DNA from: Prorocentrum cordatum
Lineage: Eukaryota
Reading direction: 5' to 3'
Length of the DNA: 54,984 nt
NCBI GenBank assembly: GCA_963575745.1
Contig: CAUYUJ010000194.1
Location: 62,001-116,984 of the forward strand
Part shown: positions 43,901 to 54,984 of the stretch, one piece after another
Position numbering within the stretch: position 1 is the first letter of the stretch
Layout of the letters: every line of letters starts with the position of its first letter
The notes under the pieces: model-generated
The model's input: only the letters and a program-made list of their open reading frames with translations
Told to the model about the DNA's origin: nothing
Databases searched by the model: none
Made by a program: the position numbers and the translations under genes

Positions 43901-45294
43901 AATTTCGAGAACAAATTTTTCAACCGACCAAAAGTCAGCAAAAGTTCCGCCGAGATTTTTCTTGCCAACTAGCTCTCCAGCGCGCCGGAATTACTCTTAA
44001 GCTTCCAGCAATAACTTGCTAAGGGAAGCTCTACGAGTTAAGTTGTCACATTGTCCGCCTCGGCCGGCTGGGCCAACAGCTCCACCCCGCGCCGGAATTC
44101 CTCTAGCTCATCGATGCCGAAGAGCTCTACGAGATATTACTCTCAAGCTTCCAGCAACTAGCTTGGGGAAGCTCTACGAGTCACCTTTTGGCTCTCAGAG
44201 AGCTCTCCGGGAACTGGGCGCCGGCGGTAAACCGTGACCCTTGTTACCGCCGGGGGACTCGTGAGCTTCCTGACAACATATAATGTCGAAAAAAATTGCA
44301 GAGAACGAATAGTTTTTCAGTCCAACTCGAGTATCAGACCGAGTTCAGACATCTGAATGCGACAGACGGACGCGTCTGATGTCTCCGAATCGATTCATGT
44401 GATTACCTGCCCTGCAGCCTCCCTACAGCCCGAGTTAAGTGCAGAACGCCGACAGTAGCTCTCAAGATGACTGGAAGAATACGAACAGTTTCGTGATTCT
44501 GGATCGCGCAGCAGACCGAGTTCAGAGCTCTGGAGTCGACAGACAAACGCGACTGATGATTCTGAATCGTTTTCTGTAACTATCAGACCTGTAGCTGTCC
44601 TGTAGCTCGAGTTAAGTACAGGAAACGGAGAGCGCCTATCAAGATGATTTGAATAATACGAATAGGTTTGCGGACTTGCCTCGGCTAGCAGACCGAGTTC
44701 AGACCTCTCGTTCGAACAGCCGAACGCGCCTGATCATTCTCAGTGCGATAGGTGTGCTTACCAGCACTGTAGCTGCCCTACAGCTCGAGTTATGTAGAAA
44801 ATACCGACAACGCGTATCAAGTTGACTCGAAGAATACAAATAGGTTGGCGGACCTAGCTCGGCTAGCAGACCGAGTTCAGACCTATGGATTCAACAGGCG
44901 AACGCGCCTGATAATTCTGAGTGCGATAGGTGTGCTTACCAGCTATAGCTGCCCTACAGCTCGAGTTAAGTACAATATACCGACAACGCGTATCAAGATG
45001 ACTCGAAACGGCCGTTCCCGCCTGCCTGCTTTTTGGCCTTGAAAATTACCCGATCCAGCTGAGAAACAGATGGCGAGCGGAAACAAGATCGAATATCACG
45101 GGAAAAAATACTAGAGCTCGAACGAATGGTCAAATTTCGAGAACAAAATTTTCAACCGACCAAAAGTCAGCAAAAGTTCCGTCGAGATTTTTCTTGCCAA
45201 CTAGCTCTCCAGCGCTTCGGAATTACTCGAAAGCTTCCAGCAATAACTTGCTAAGGGAAGCTCTACGAGTTACTAGCTCCACCCCGCGCCGGAA

Positions 45295-46355
45295 CTGGGC
45301 GCCGGCGGTAAACCGTCAACCTTTGTTACCGCCGGGGGACTCGTAGAGCTTCCTGACAACACATAATGTCAAAAAAAATTGCAGAGAACGAATAATTTTT
45401 CAGCCCAACTCAAGTATCAGACCGAGTTCGGACCTCTGAATGCGACAGACAGACGCGTTTCATGTCTCCGAATCGATTCATGTGATTAACCGCCCTGCAG
45501 CCCCCCTGCAGCCCGAGTTAGGTGCAGAACGGCGACAGTAGCTGTCAAGATGACTGGAAGAATACGAACAGTTTCGTGAGTCTGGATCGCGCAGCAGACC
45601 GAGTTCAGAGCTCTGGATTCAACAGGCGAACGCGCCTGATTATTCTGAGTGTGATAGGTGTGCTCACCAGCACTGTAGCTGGCCTGCAGCTCGAGTTAAG
45701 TAGAAAATACCGACAACGCGTATCAAGTTGACTCGAATAATACGAATAGGTTTGCGGACCTAGCTCGGCTTGCAGACCGAGTTCAGACCTATGGATTCAA
45801 CAGGCGAGCGCGCCAGATGATTCTGCATGCGATGGGTGTGCCCACCAGCACTGTAGCTGCCCTACAGCTCGAGTTAAGTTGAAAATACCGACAACGCGTT
45901 CAAGTTGACTCGAATAATACGAATAGGTTTGCGGACCTAGCTCGGCTAGCAGACCGAGTTCAGGCCTCTGGGTTCAACAGGCGAACGCGCCTGATCATTC
46001 TGCATGCATTAGCTGTGCTTACCAGCTCTGTAGCTGCCCTAGAGCTCGAGTTATGTTCGAAAAACCGACAGCGCGTATCAAGATGACTCGAAACGGCCGT
46101 TCCCGCCACCGTGCTTTTTGGCCTTCAAAGTTACCCGATCGAGCTGAGATCAAGATGGCGAGCGGGAATAAGATCGAATATCACGGGAAAAAATACTAGA
46201 GCTCTAACGAATGATCAAATTTCGAGAACATAATTTTCAACCGAGCAAAAGTTGTCAAAAGTTCCGTCGAGATTTTTCGAGCCAACTAGCTGTGGGGCGC
46301 GCCGGAATTACTCTTAGCTTCCAGCTATAACTAGCTAAGGGAAGCTCTACGAGTT
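45295..46355 (-). mobile_element. Complete Helentron-like element (type A)
   Basis: Flanks ccggaa| and |attactc rejoin as ccggaattactc. Near-identical to 52732..53791. Confidence 0.78.
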
Positions 46356-46699
46356 ATTACTCTTAAGCTTCCAGCAACTAGCCACGGGAAGCTCTACAAG
46401 TTACTTGCTGAGAGAAGCTCTAGGAGTTACTCGCCCGAGCCGGCAGCGGGTCCAGGACAGCTTCCCGCTAGAGCCCACGCGTGCTGCTCGCGTGCAGGCA
46501 CGCGAGGGGGCGTTCCTGGCAGCGCTTCGGAGGCGCTGCAGGGGAGCCCCCCAGAGCCGCAGAAGCGCTTCCCGAGAGCGTTCGACGGCTCGCCAAGAAA
46601 GCTTTCCGGCTTGTCTCCCCTTTGCTCTCCGGGTTTGGGACGCTGCCATTCTTGCCAACTAGCTCTCCAGCGCCCCTGGAACTTGGTGGCGTCCACTTG

Positions 46700-47360
46700 G
46701 TCGCGTCCAAAAGACGGAGAGAAGGAGAGCGAAAGCAACACACAACGGAAAGCTGTCCTCGCGTGCCCTCGGACGCTCTCGTGGAGCCCTTTTGGGGCTC
46801 TGGGGGCCCCCCTGCAACGCTTCTGAAGCGCTGCCAGGAACGCTTCCACACGTGCCTGCACGCGCGCAGGCACGCGTGCAGGCATGCGTGGGCGCGTGCC
46901 CGAAGCGCTCCCGGACAGGCTGCGAGGTTTTACAAGCCGCTGCGAGGATCCTGAACCGGCGGAGATGGGCTGCTGGCAGGCATCACCACTGTCCAGCGTC
47001 TAATCTGACACCCTCTAGCTCTCAGAGAGCTCTCCGGGAAAAACCCGGAGAGACGGAGAGCGAAAGCAACGCACACCGGAAAGCTGTCCTAGCGAGCCCT
47101 CGGACGCTCTCGTGCAGCCCTTCTGGGGCTCTGGGGCTCCCCTGCAGCGCTTCTGAAGCGCTGCCAGGAACGCTTCCTCGCGCGCCTGCCCGCGTGCAGC
47201 CACGCGTGGACGCGTGCCCGAAGCGCTCCTGGACGGGCTGCGAGGTTTTACAAGCCGCTGCGAGGATCCTGGACCGGCGGTGATGGGCTGCTGGCAGGAA
47301 CCACCACTGTCTGGCTTCTAATCTAAAACGCTCTAGCTCTCAGAGAGCTCTCCGGGAATT
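46700..47360. repeat. GC-rich ~331-bp tandem repeat, 2 copies
   Basis: ggagagcgaaagcaac at 46724 and 47055. An inverted partial copy lies at ~46425-46650. Confidence 0.85.
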
Positions 47361-47699
47361 ACCCTTAAGCTTCCAGCAACTAGCTAAGGGAAGCTCTACG
47401 AGTTATGCCAGAGAGCTCTACAAGGTATTACTCTTAAGCTTCCCGCAACTGGCTAAGGGAAGCTTTGCGAGTTACTAGCTTTATCCCGCGCCGGAATTTC
47501 TCTAGCTTATCGATGCCGAAGAGCGCTACAAGGTAAGAGACCCTCGGGGGCGGAAAATCTTTCCTGGAGAGCTCTGGGGGGGCCCCCTGAAGCGCTTCTG
47601 AAGCGCTGCCAGGAACGCCTCCGCACGTGATTGCACGCGCGCAGCCATGCGTGAAAGCTTGCCGGAAGCGCCCCGAACCCGTTGCCGGGACGGGCGAGT

Positions 47700-49980
47700 A
47701 ACTCGTAGAGCTTTCCTTAGCTAGTGACTCGTAGAGCTTCCCTGAGAGCGCAGCGGCGAAGCCTAAGAGTAATTCGAAAACGCTGGCAGGCTAGTTGGCT
47801 CGAAAAATCTCGACTGAACTTTTCACAACTTTGGCTCGGTTGAAAATTATGTTCTCGAAATTCAACAATTCGTTTGAGCTTTAGTATTTTTTCCCGTGCT
47901 ATTCGATCTTATTCCCGCTCGCCATCTTGATCTCAGCTCGATCGGGTGAATATTACTATCGAAAAGCACTGTGGCGGGATCGGCCGTTTTGAGTCATATT
48001 GATACGTGTCGTCGGTATTTTGTACTTAACTCGAGCTCTAGGACAGCCACAGAGCTGGTAAGCACAGCTAATCGATGTAGAATGATTAGGCGCGTTCGTC
48101 TGTTCAATCCAGAGGTCTGAAGTCGGTCTGTTAGCCGAGCTAGGCCCGCAAACCTATTCGTAATATTCCAGTCATCTTGACAGACGCTCTCGGTTTTTCT
48201 GTACTTAACTCGAGCTGTAGGACAGCTACAGAGCTGATATTTACAGAAACCGATTCAGAATCATCAGTTGCATTTGTCTGTCGAATCCAGAGCTCTGAAC
48301 TCGGTCTGCTGCCCGATCCAGAATCGCGAAACTATTCGTATTGGTCGAGACATCTTGAGAAATGCTCTCGGTTTTCTTCACTCAACTCGCGCTGAGGGGG
48401 GCTACAGTGCTGGTGGTCACAGAGACCTTCGGTTTTCTGTACTCAACTCGAGCTGTAAGACAGCTACAGAGCTGCGATTTACATAAACTGATTCAGAATC
48501 GTCAGTTGCGTTTGTCTGTCGACTCCAGAGCTCTCAACTCGGTCTTCTGCTCGATCTAGAATCTCGAAAGTATTCGATTAAGCACAGAAAATACCGAGAG
48601 CGTTTGTCAGAATAATACGAATAGATTTGCGGACCTAGCTCGGCTAGCAGACCGAGTTCAGACCTCTGGAGTCAAGAGGCGAACGCGCCTGATAATTCTG
48701 AATGCGATGAATGTACTTATCAGCTCTGAACATAACTCGAGCTTTAGGGCAGCTACAGAGCTCGTAAGCACAGCTAATAGATGTAGAATGATTAGGCGCG
48801 TTCGCCTGTTGAACCCAGAGGTCTGAACTCGGTCTGGGAGCCGAGATAGGTCCGCAAACCTATTCGTATTAGTCGAGTCAATGTAGCAGACGCTCTCGGT
48901 TTTCTGCACTTTTCTCGAGCTGTAGGGCAGCTACAGAGCTCATAGTCACAGAAATCGATTGGGAATCTTTAGGCGCGTTCGTCTCTTGATTATTCGAGTC
49001 ATGCTGTCGGTTTTCTGCACCTAACTCGGGCTGTAGAGGGGCTGCAAGGTCAGTCGGGTGCTCGAACTGGGTTGCGAAACTGTTTGTTTTTTGTTAGCGT
49101 TATCTTGAGAGATCTGAAATCGCTTGGGCTTAAAAAATAATCGTTCTTCGGAGTTTTTCCCCACAGTATATATTGTCAGGAAGCTCTACGAGTCCCCTGG
49201 CGGTAAGAAAGGTTGACGGTTTACCGCCGGCGCCCAGTGGTAACTTCGCGTCGGTGTTTTTCACTTTGTGCAAAATTTTGAAGTTCGTTTTTAGAAGTGA
49301 GATTTTTATTCCCTGTAGTTTGCTATGGCGACCTGCTGGTAAATTTCCCATGACTCTAGGTCCAGTATTATTATGGAAACACTTGGAGGAACCCACTGTA
49401 TGAAAACCGAAAAATCGTGATTTCTCGAATTTTTCGGCTCTCGCTCGAAGACATCAGGCGCGTCCGCCTGTCGAATGCAGAGCCAAGAACTCGGTTTCCT
49501 GCCCGAATTAGGTCTGCGAAACTATTGTATTGTTCGAGTCATCCTGAGAGGTGCTGTCGGTTTTCTGCAGTTAGCTCATACTGTAGAAGTGCTGCAGGGC
49601 TGGTAATGACAGGAGTCGATTCGCAGACATCAGACGCGTCTGCCTCTCGCATTCAGATAAAATGTTCACTATGAGTCGGAATTTGGTAGCTGCTGTCCGT
49701 TTTCTCAACTTAAGTCGAGCTAGGAAGCTCTACGAGTCTCACGGCGGTAACCAAGGTTGACGGTTCACCGCCGCGCCCAGTTGCTGGAAGCTTAAGAGTC
49801 ATTCCGGCGCGCTGGAGAGCTAGTTGGCAAGAAAAATCTCGACGGACCTTTTGCTGACTTTTGGTCGGTTGAAAATTTTGTTCTCGAAATTCAACCATTC
49901 GTTAGAGCTCTAATATTTTTTCTGACCATATTCGATCTTATTCCCGCTCGCCATCTTAATCTCAGCTCGGTCGGGTAAAT
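47700..49980 (+). mobile_element. Inverted, internally rearranged Helentron-like elements
   Basis: Reverse-orientation termini at 47700 and 47726 and reverse hairpins ending at 49237 and 49780. A forward monomer is embedded at ~48580-48725. Confidence 0.68.
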
Positions 49981-50164
49981 ATTCTCTGCTGGTAAAATTT
50001 TCAGGGCTCTAGGGGCAATATTACTGTCAAAAGACTTGCAGGAACCGACTTTGCCTGCAGTGCAGTTTGGCAGGTGACGGTGGTTGGCTTTACTTAACTC
50101 GAGCTGTCAGCAATCTACAGACCTCTCTTGCACATCAGTCGATGCAGAATGATCTGACGCGTCA

Positions 50165-52614
50165 CTGGCGCCGGCGGTGAACCGTCAACCTGGTCACCGC
50201 CGGGAACCTCGTAGAGCTCCTTGAATCCGTGAGAAAGCTCAGCATCAAAGCGGGAGCTTCTGGGAGCTTTTCTACAAAAACTTCAAGTTGAGATTTTTTC
50301 GGAGTCAACATGAAGTCGGTTCCTTCAAGTGAACTGGTACTGAAAATGACTCTAGATGGCCGAGCTGATCAGGGAACGAAGTTTATATCTCAATGCTCGG
50401 AGTAAAAATCTGCTTTTTCAAAATGAATTGTCAAATATCTTTCAAAAAATTGCAAAACCACCCAAAAGTTGTCACATTGTCCGCCTCGGCCGGCTGGACC
50501 AAAGTTCTCACTCCCAGCGAAGCTATTCATATGAAGTCTCGCGCTCTCAGTGAGAGCGCGAGACCATTCTGCGTCGACAAAAATGCACCAGAACTCTCTA
50601 GGTCACCCATAGATCGATATAAATTAGAAAAAAATCATCCGACACAAAAAATATAAAATTGTACAAATCGATATTTTTCATTAATTTTGAAAATTCTAAT
50701 CAATTTGGGCACTCTCGAGGCTCCCATTCGATGTCTCGCATGTCGCTGCTTCGATTGGAATGTACCTGGCATGCATAGCATGCACTCAGCTCGAATTATC
50801 ATCGGAACACCGTTCGCAACACGCATACATAGAGACAGTATTTCGATCATAACTCCTGACTCAGCCATTTCTAGGAACTCTCGAGCTTCCAGTGTGACGC
50901 GCCAGATCATTCTGCATCGACTGATCTGCGTGAGAGGCCTGTAGCTTGCTGACAGCTCGAGTTAAGTAAAGCCAACCACCGTCACCTGCCAAACTGGCGC
51001 CGGCGGTGAACCGTCAACCTAGTCACCGCCGGGAACCTCGTAGAGCTCCTCTCACTGGTAAGAGTGCAGAGAATCGACACAGAATCGAAAACTTGAGATT
51101 TTTCGACACACGTAGAGACGGTGTTCCGCCCATATCTCCTGAGGCAACTATTTTTGAAGACCCTCGCGCTTCCACTGGAATGCGTCAGATCATTCAGGAT
51201 CGCCTCGTGTGCGAGAGACATCCATAGCCTGCCTACAGCTCAAGTTAAGTTGACGAAACCACCGTCATCTGCAAAAGTGGTGGTACATGGTTTGTTCCTG
51301 GAAATTTTCCGATAGTAATACCTGGGCTACAGACTCCTTCTGCTCTCAGAATTCAATTTATATTGTTATTCACCGCTCAAAAATCTTTTTTTCTTAAAAT
51401 GAATTTCAAAACTCTGCAAAAAGTTCAGAAAACCGACTCAAAGTTATCACATTGTCTCTTTTCGTCGGGTCGGCTAACTAGCTCCACCCTGTGCCCGAAT
51501 TCCTCTTAGCTCATCTTTGCCGAAGAGCTCTACGAGGTACTGCACTGCAGGCAAAGTCGGTTCCTGCAAGTCTTTCGACAGTAATATTGCCCCTAGAGCC
51601 CTGAAAATTTTACCAGCAGGTGCGCCATAGCTTACTGTATGTGAGAAAAATCCGTTTTCTGAAAACGAATTGTTAAATCTTGCACAAAGTTTCAAAAACC
51701 GACCTGGTCGGGTCGGCCAACTAGCTCCACCCTGCGCTGAGAGGTCTGTAGCTTGCTGACAGCTCGAGTTAAGTAAAGCCAACCACCGTCACCTGCCAAA
51801 CTGCACTGCAGGCAAAGTCGGTTCCTGCAAGTCTTTCGACAGTAATATTGCCCCTAGAGCCCTGAAAATTTTACCAGCAGGTGCGCCATAGCTTACTGTA
51901 TGTGAGAAAAATCCGTTTTCTGAAAACGAATTGTCAAATCTTGCACAAAGTTTCAAAAACCGACCCCAGGTTAACACATTGTCTCTTTTGGTCGGGTCGG
52001 CCAACTGGCGCCGGCGGTGAACCGTCAACCTGGTCACCGCCGGGAACCTCGTAGAGCTCCTCGAATCCGTGAGAAAGCTCAGCATCAAAGCGGGAGCTTC
52101 TGGGAGCTTTTCTACAAAAACTTCAAGCTGAGATTTTTTCGGAGTCAACATGAAGTCGGTTGCTCCAAGTGAACTGGTACTGAAAATCACTCTAGAGAGC
52201 TGAGCTGCTCAGGGAACGAAGTTTATATCTCAATGCTCGGAGTAAAAATCTGCTTTCTCAAAATGAATTGTCAAATATCTTTCAAAAAATTACAAAACCA
52301 CCCAAAAGTTGCCACATTGTCCTTTCTGGCCGGGTCGACCAACTGGCGCCGGCGGTGAACCGTCAACCTAGTCACCGCCGGGAACCTCGTAGAGCTCCTC
52401 TCACTGGTAAGAGTGCAGAGAATCGACACAGAATCGAAAACTTGAGACCAACTAGCTCCACCCCGCGCCGGAATTCCTCTAGCTCATCGATGCCGAAGAG
52501 CTCTACGAGGTACTAGCTCCACCCTGCGCCCGAATTCCTCTTAGCTCATCTCGTCGAAGAGCTCTACGAGGTAGAATTCCTCTAGCTCATCGATGCCGAA
52601 GATCTCTACGTGGT
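50165..52614 (-). mobile_element. Nest of type-B Helentron-like elements (heads 50165, 50994, 52005, 52343)
   Basis: Hairpin ccggcggtga..tcaccgccgg with IR acctcgtagagctc / gagctctacgaggt. 50994..51538 is complete (gccaaa| .. |actgcactg, intact at ~51796-51810). 52343..52511 is a complete 169-bp copy. Confidence 0.75.
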
Positions 52615-52721
52615 ATTACTCTTAAGCTTCCAGCAACTAGCTAAGGGAAGCTCTACAAGTTAGTCGTAAGCTTCTAGCAATAACTTGCTAAGGTAAACTC
52701 TGCAAGTTACTAGCTTTCCAG

Positions 52722-54984
52722 CGCCCCGGAACTGGGCGCCGGCGGTAAACCGTCAACCTTTGTTACCGCCGGGGGACTCGTAGAGCTTCCTGACAACACA
52801 TAATGTCAAAAAAAATTGCAGAGAACGAATAATTTTTCAGCCCAACTCAAGTATCAGACCGAGTTCGGACCTCTGAATGCGACAGACAGACGCGTTTCAT
52901 GTCTCCGAATCGATTCATGTGATTAACCGCCCTGCAGCCCCCCTGCAGCCCGAGTTAGGTGCAGAACGGCGACAGTAGCTGTCAAGATGACTGGAAGAAT
53001 ACGAACAGTTTCGTGAGTCTGGATCGCGCAGCAGACCGAGTTCAGAGCTCTGGATTCAACAGGCGAACGCGCCTGATTATTCTGAGTGTGATAGGTGTGC
53101 TCCAGCACTGTAGCTGGCCTGCAGCTCGAGTTAAGTAGAAAATACCGACAACGCGTATCAAGTTGACTCGAATAATACGAATAGGTTTGCGGACCTAGCT
53201 CGGCTTGCAGACCGAGTTCAGACCTATGGATTCAACAGGCGAGCGCGCCAGATGATTCTGCATGCGATGGGTGTGCCCACCAGCACTGTAGCTGCCCTAC
53301 AGCTCGAGTTAAGTTGAAAATACCGACAACGTGTTCAAGTTGACTCGAATAATACGAATAGGTTTGCGGACCTAGCTCGGCTAGCAGACCGAGTTCAGAC
53401 CTCTGGGTTCAACAGGTGAATGCGCCTGATCATTCTGCATGCATTAGCTGTGCTTACCAGCTCTGTAGCTGCCCTAGAGCTCGAGTTATGTTCGAAAAAC
53501 CGACAGCGCGTATCAAGATAACTCGAAACGGCCGTTCCCGCCACCGTGCTTTTTGGCCTTCAAAGTTACCCGATCGAGCTGAGATCAAGATGGCGAGCGG
53601 GAATAAGATCGAATATCACGGGAAAAAAATACTAGAGCTCTAACGAATGGTCAAATTTCGAGAACGAAATTTTCAACCGAGCAAAAGTTGTCAAAAGTTC
53701 AGTTCTTTTTTTTCGAGCCAACTAGCTGTGGGGCGCGCCGGAATTACTCTTAGCTTCCAGCTATAACTAGCTAAGGGAAGCTCTACGAGTTATTACTCTT
53801 AAGCTTCCAGCAACTAGCCACGGGAAGCTCTACAAGTTACTTGCTGAGAGAAGCTCTAGGAGTTACTCGCCCGAGCCGGCAGCGGGTCCAGGACAGCTTC
53901 CCGCTAGAGCCCACGCGTGCTGCTCGCGCGCAGGCACGCGAGGGGGCGTTCCTGGCAGCGCTTCGGAGGCGCTGCAGGGGAGCCCCCCAGAGCCGCAGAA
54001 GCGCTTCCCGAGAGCGTTCGACGGCTCGCCAAGAAAGCTTTCCGGCTTGTCTCCCCTTTGCTCTCCGGGTTTGGGACGCTGCCATTCTTGCCAACTAGCT
54101 CTCCAGCGCCCCTGGAACTTGGTGGCGTCCACTTGGTCGCGTCCAAAAGACGGAGAGAAGGAGAGCGAAAGCAACACACAACGGAAAGCTGTCCTCGCGT
54201 GCCCTCGGACGCTCTCGTGGAGCCCTTTTGGGGCTCTGGGGGCCCCCCTGCAACGCTTCTGAAGCGCTGCCAGGAACGCTTCCACACGTGCCTGCACGCG
54301 CGCAGGCACGCGTGCAGGCATGCGTGGGCGCGTGCCCGAAGCGCTCCCGGACAGGCTGCGAGGTTTTACAAGCCGCTGCGAGGATCCTGAACCGGCGGAG
54401 ATGGGCTGCTGGCAGGCATCACCACTGTCCAGCGTCTAATCTGACACCCTCTAGCTCTCAGAGAGCTCTCCGGGAAAAACCCGGAGAGACGGAGAGCGAA
54501 AGCAACGCACACCGGAAAGCTGTCCTAGCGAGCCCTCGGACGCTCTCGTGCAGCCCTTCTGGGGCTCTGGGGCTCCCCTGCAGCGCTTCTGAAGCGCTGC
54601 CAGGAACGCTTCCTCGCGCGCCTGCCCGCGTGCAGCCACGCGTGGACGCGTGCCCGAAGCGCTCCTGGACGGGCTGCGAGGTTTTACAAGCCGCTGCGAG
54701 GATCCTGGACCGGCGGTGATGGGCTGCTGGCAGGAACCACCACTGTCTGGCTTCTAATCTAAAACGCTCTAGCTCTCAGAGAGCTCTCCGGGAATTACCC
54801 TTAAGCTTCCAGCAACTAGCTAAGGGAAGCTCTACGAGTTATGCCAGAGAGCTCTACAAGGTATTACTCTTAAGCTTCCCGCAACTGGCTAAGGGAAGCT
54901 TTGCGAGTTACTAGCTTTATCCCGCGCCGGAATTTCTCTAGCTTATCGATGCCGAAGAGCGCTACAAGGTAAGAGACCCTCGGG
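52722..54984 (+). repeat. Near-identical ~2.26-kb direct duplication of ~45285-47548
   Basis: Constant offset of 7436-7437 bp. The ORF track gives the same spurious peptides (46401 vs 53837, 46792 vs 54228). Runs off the window edge. Confidence 0.93.

Larger units (their letters stand above)
33056..45271 (-). mobile_element. Run of Helentron-like elements (heads 33056, 34028, 35114 with LINE D, 41951, 42623 type B, 42925, 44214)
   Basis: 42925..44039 is complete and nested in 42623..44135 (ccacccaaa| .. |aagttgtcac). 44214..45271 is complete. The others lack matching ends. Confidence 0.72.

Noticed and set aside
574..52790. Integron attC-like cassette array (imperfect hairpins with GTT-like junctions)
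   Set aside because: No integrase and no gene cassettes, and the context is eukaryotic. Bracket-like nesting with a 1-nt duplication explains the junctions better.
185..54719. Dozens of 60-170 aa ORFs outside the LINEs
   Set aside because: They are translations of the 178-bp and GC-rich repeats or antisense frames of LINE ORFs. Frames are not preserved between copies and no domain motifs are visible.
1..54984. Autonomous Rep/helicase transposase gene
   Set aside because: No ORF with HUH or helicase Walker motifs is present in the window.

Overview
Eukaryotic repeat-dense DNA with no recognisable host gene. The host is probably a dinoflagellate, inferred only from a spliced-leader-like relic. 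Two parasite layers explain most of the window. (1) About 35 copies of a non-coding element with Helentron/Helitron2 (HINE/DINE-1-like) architecture: asymmetric ~15-bp subterminal inverted repeats (ACTCGTAGAGCTTCC / GGAAGCTCTACGAGT), a GC-rich terminal stem-loop (CCGGCGGTAA-N14-TTACCGCCGG), internal 178-bp tandem repeats, and insertion at an A (T on the element strand) that is duplicated. Copies are nested inside each other's ends in last-in-first-out order, up to eight deep at 21235-33055. (2) Four divergent non-LTR retrotransposons (4944-7712, 9899-14952, 23717-24934, 35145-40940), all on the minus strand and all inserted at the same TT|ACCGCC step of that stem-loop. Their ORF2 has an APE endonuclease, an RT with WADN instead of YxDD, and a C-terminal RNase H whose two halves are in swapped (circularly permuted) order. 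In both copies that keep the junction, ORF1 and ORF2 are in frame and separated by one TGA-C. The longest copy starts with two GGCTCAAG motifs 15 nt apart, matching tandem dinoflagellate spliced-leader relics. All of this was read by eye; no database search, alignment or structure prediction was run, so novelty is unverified.
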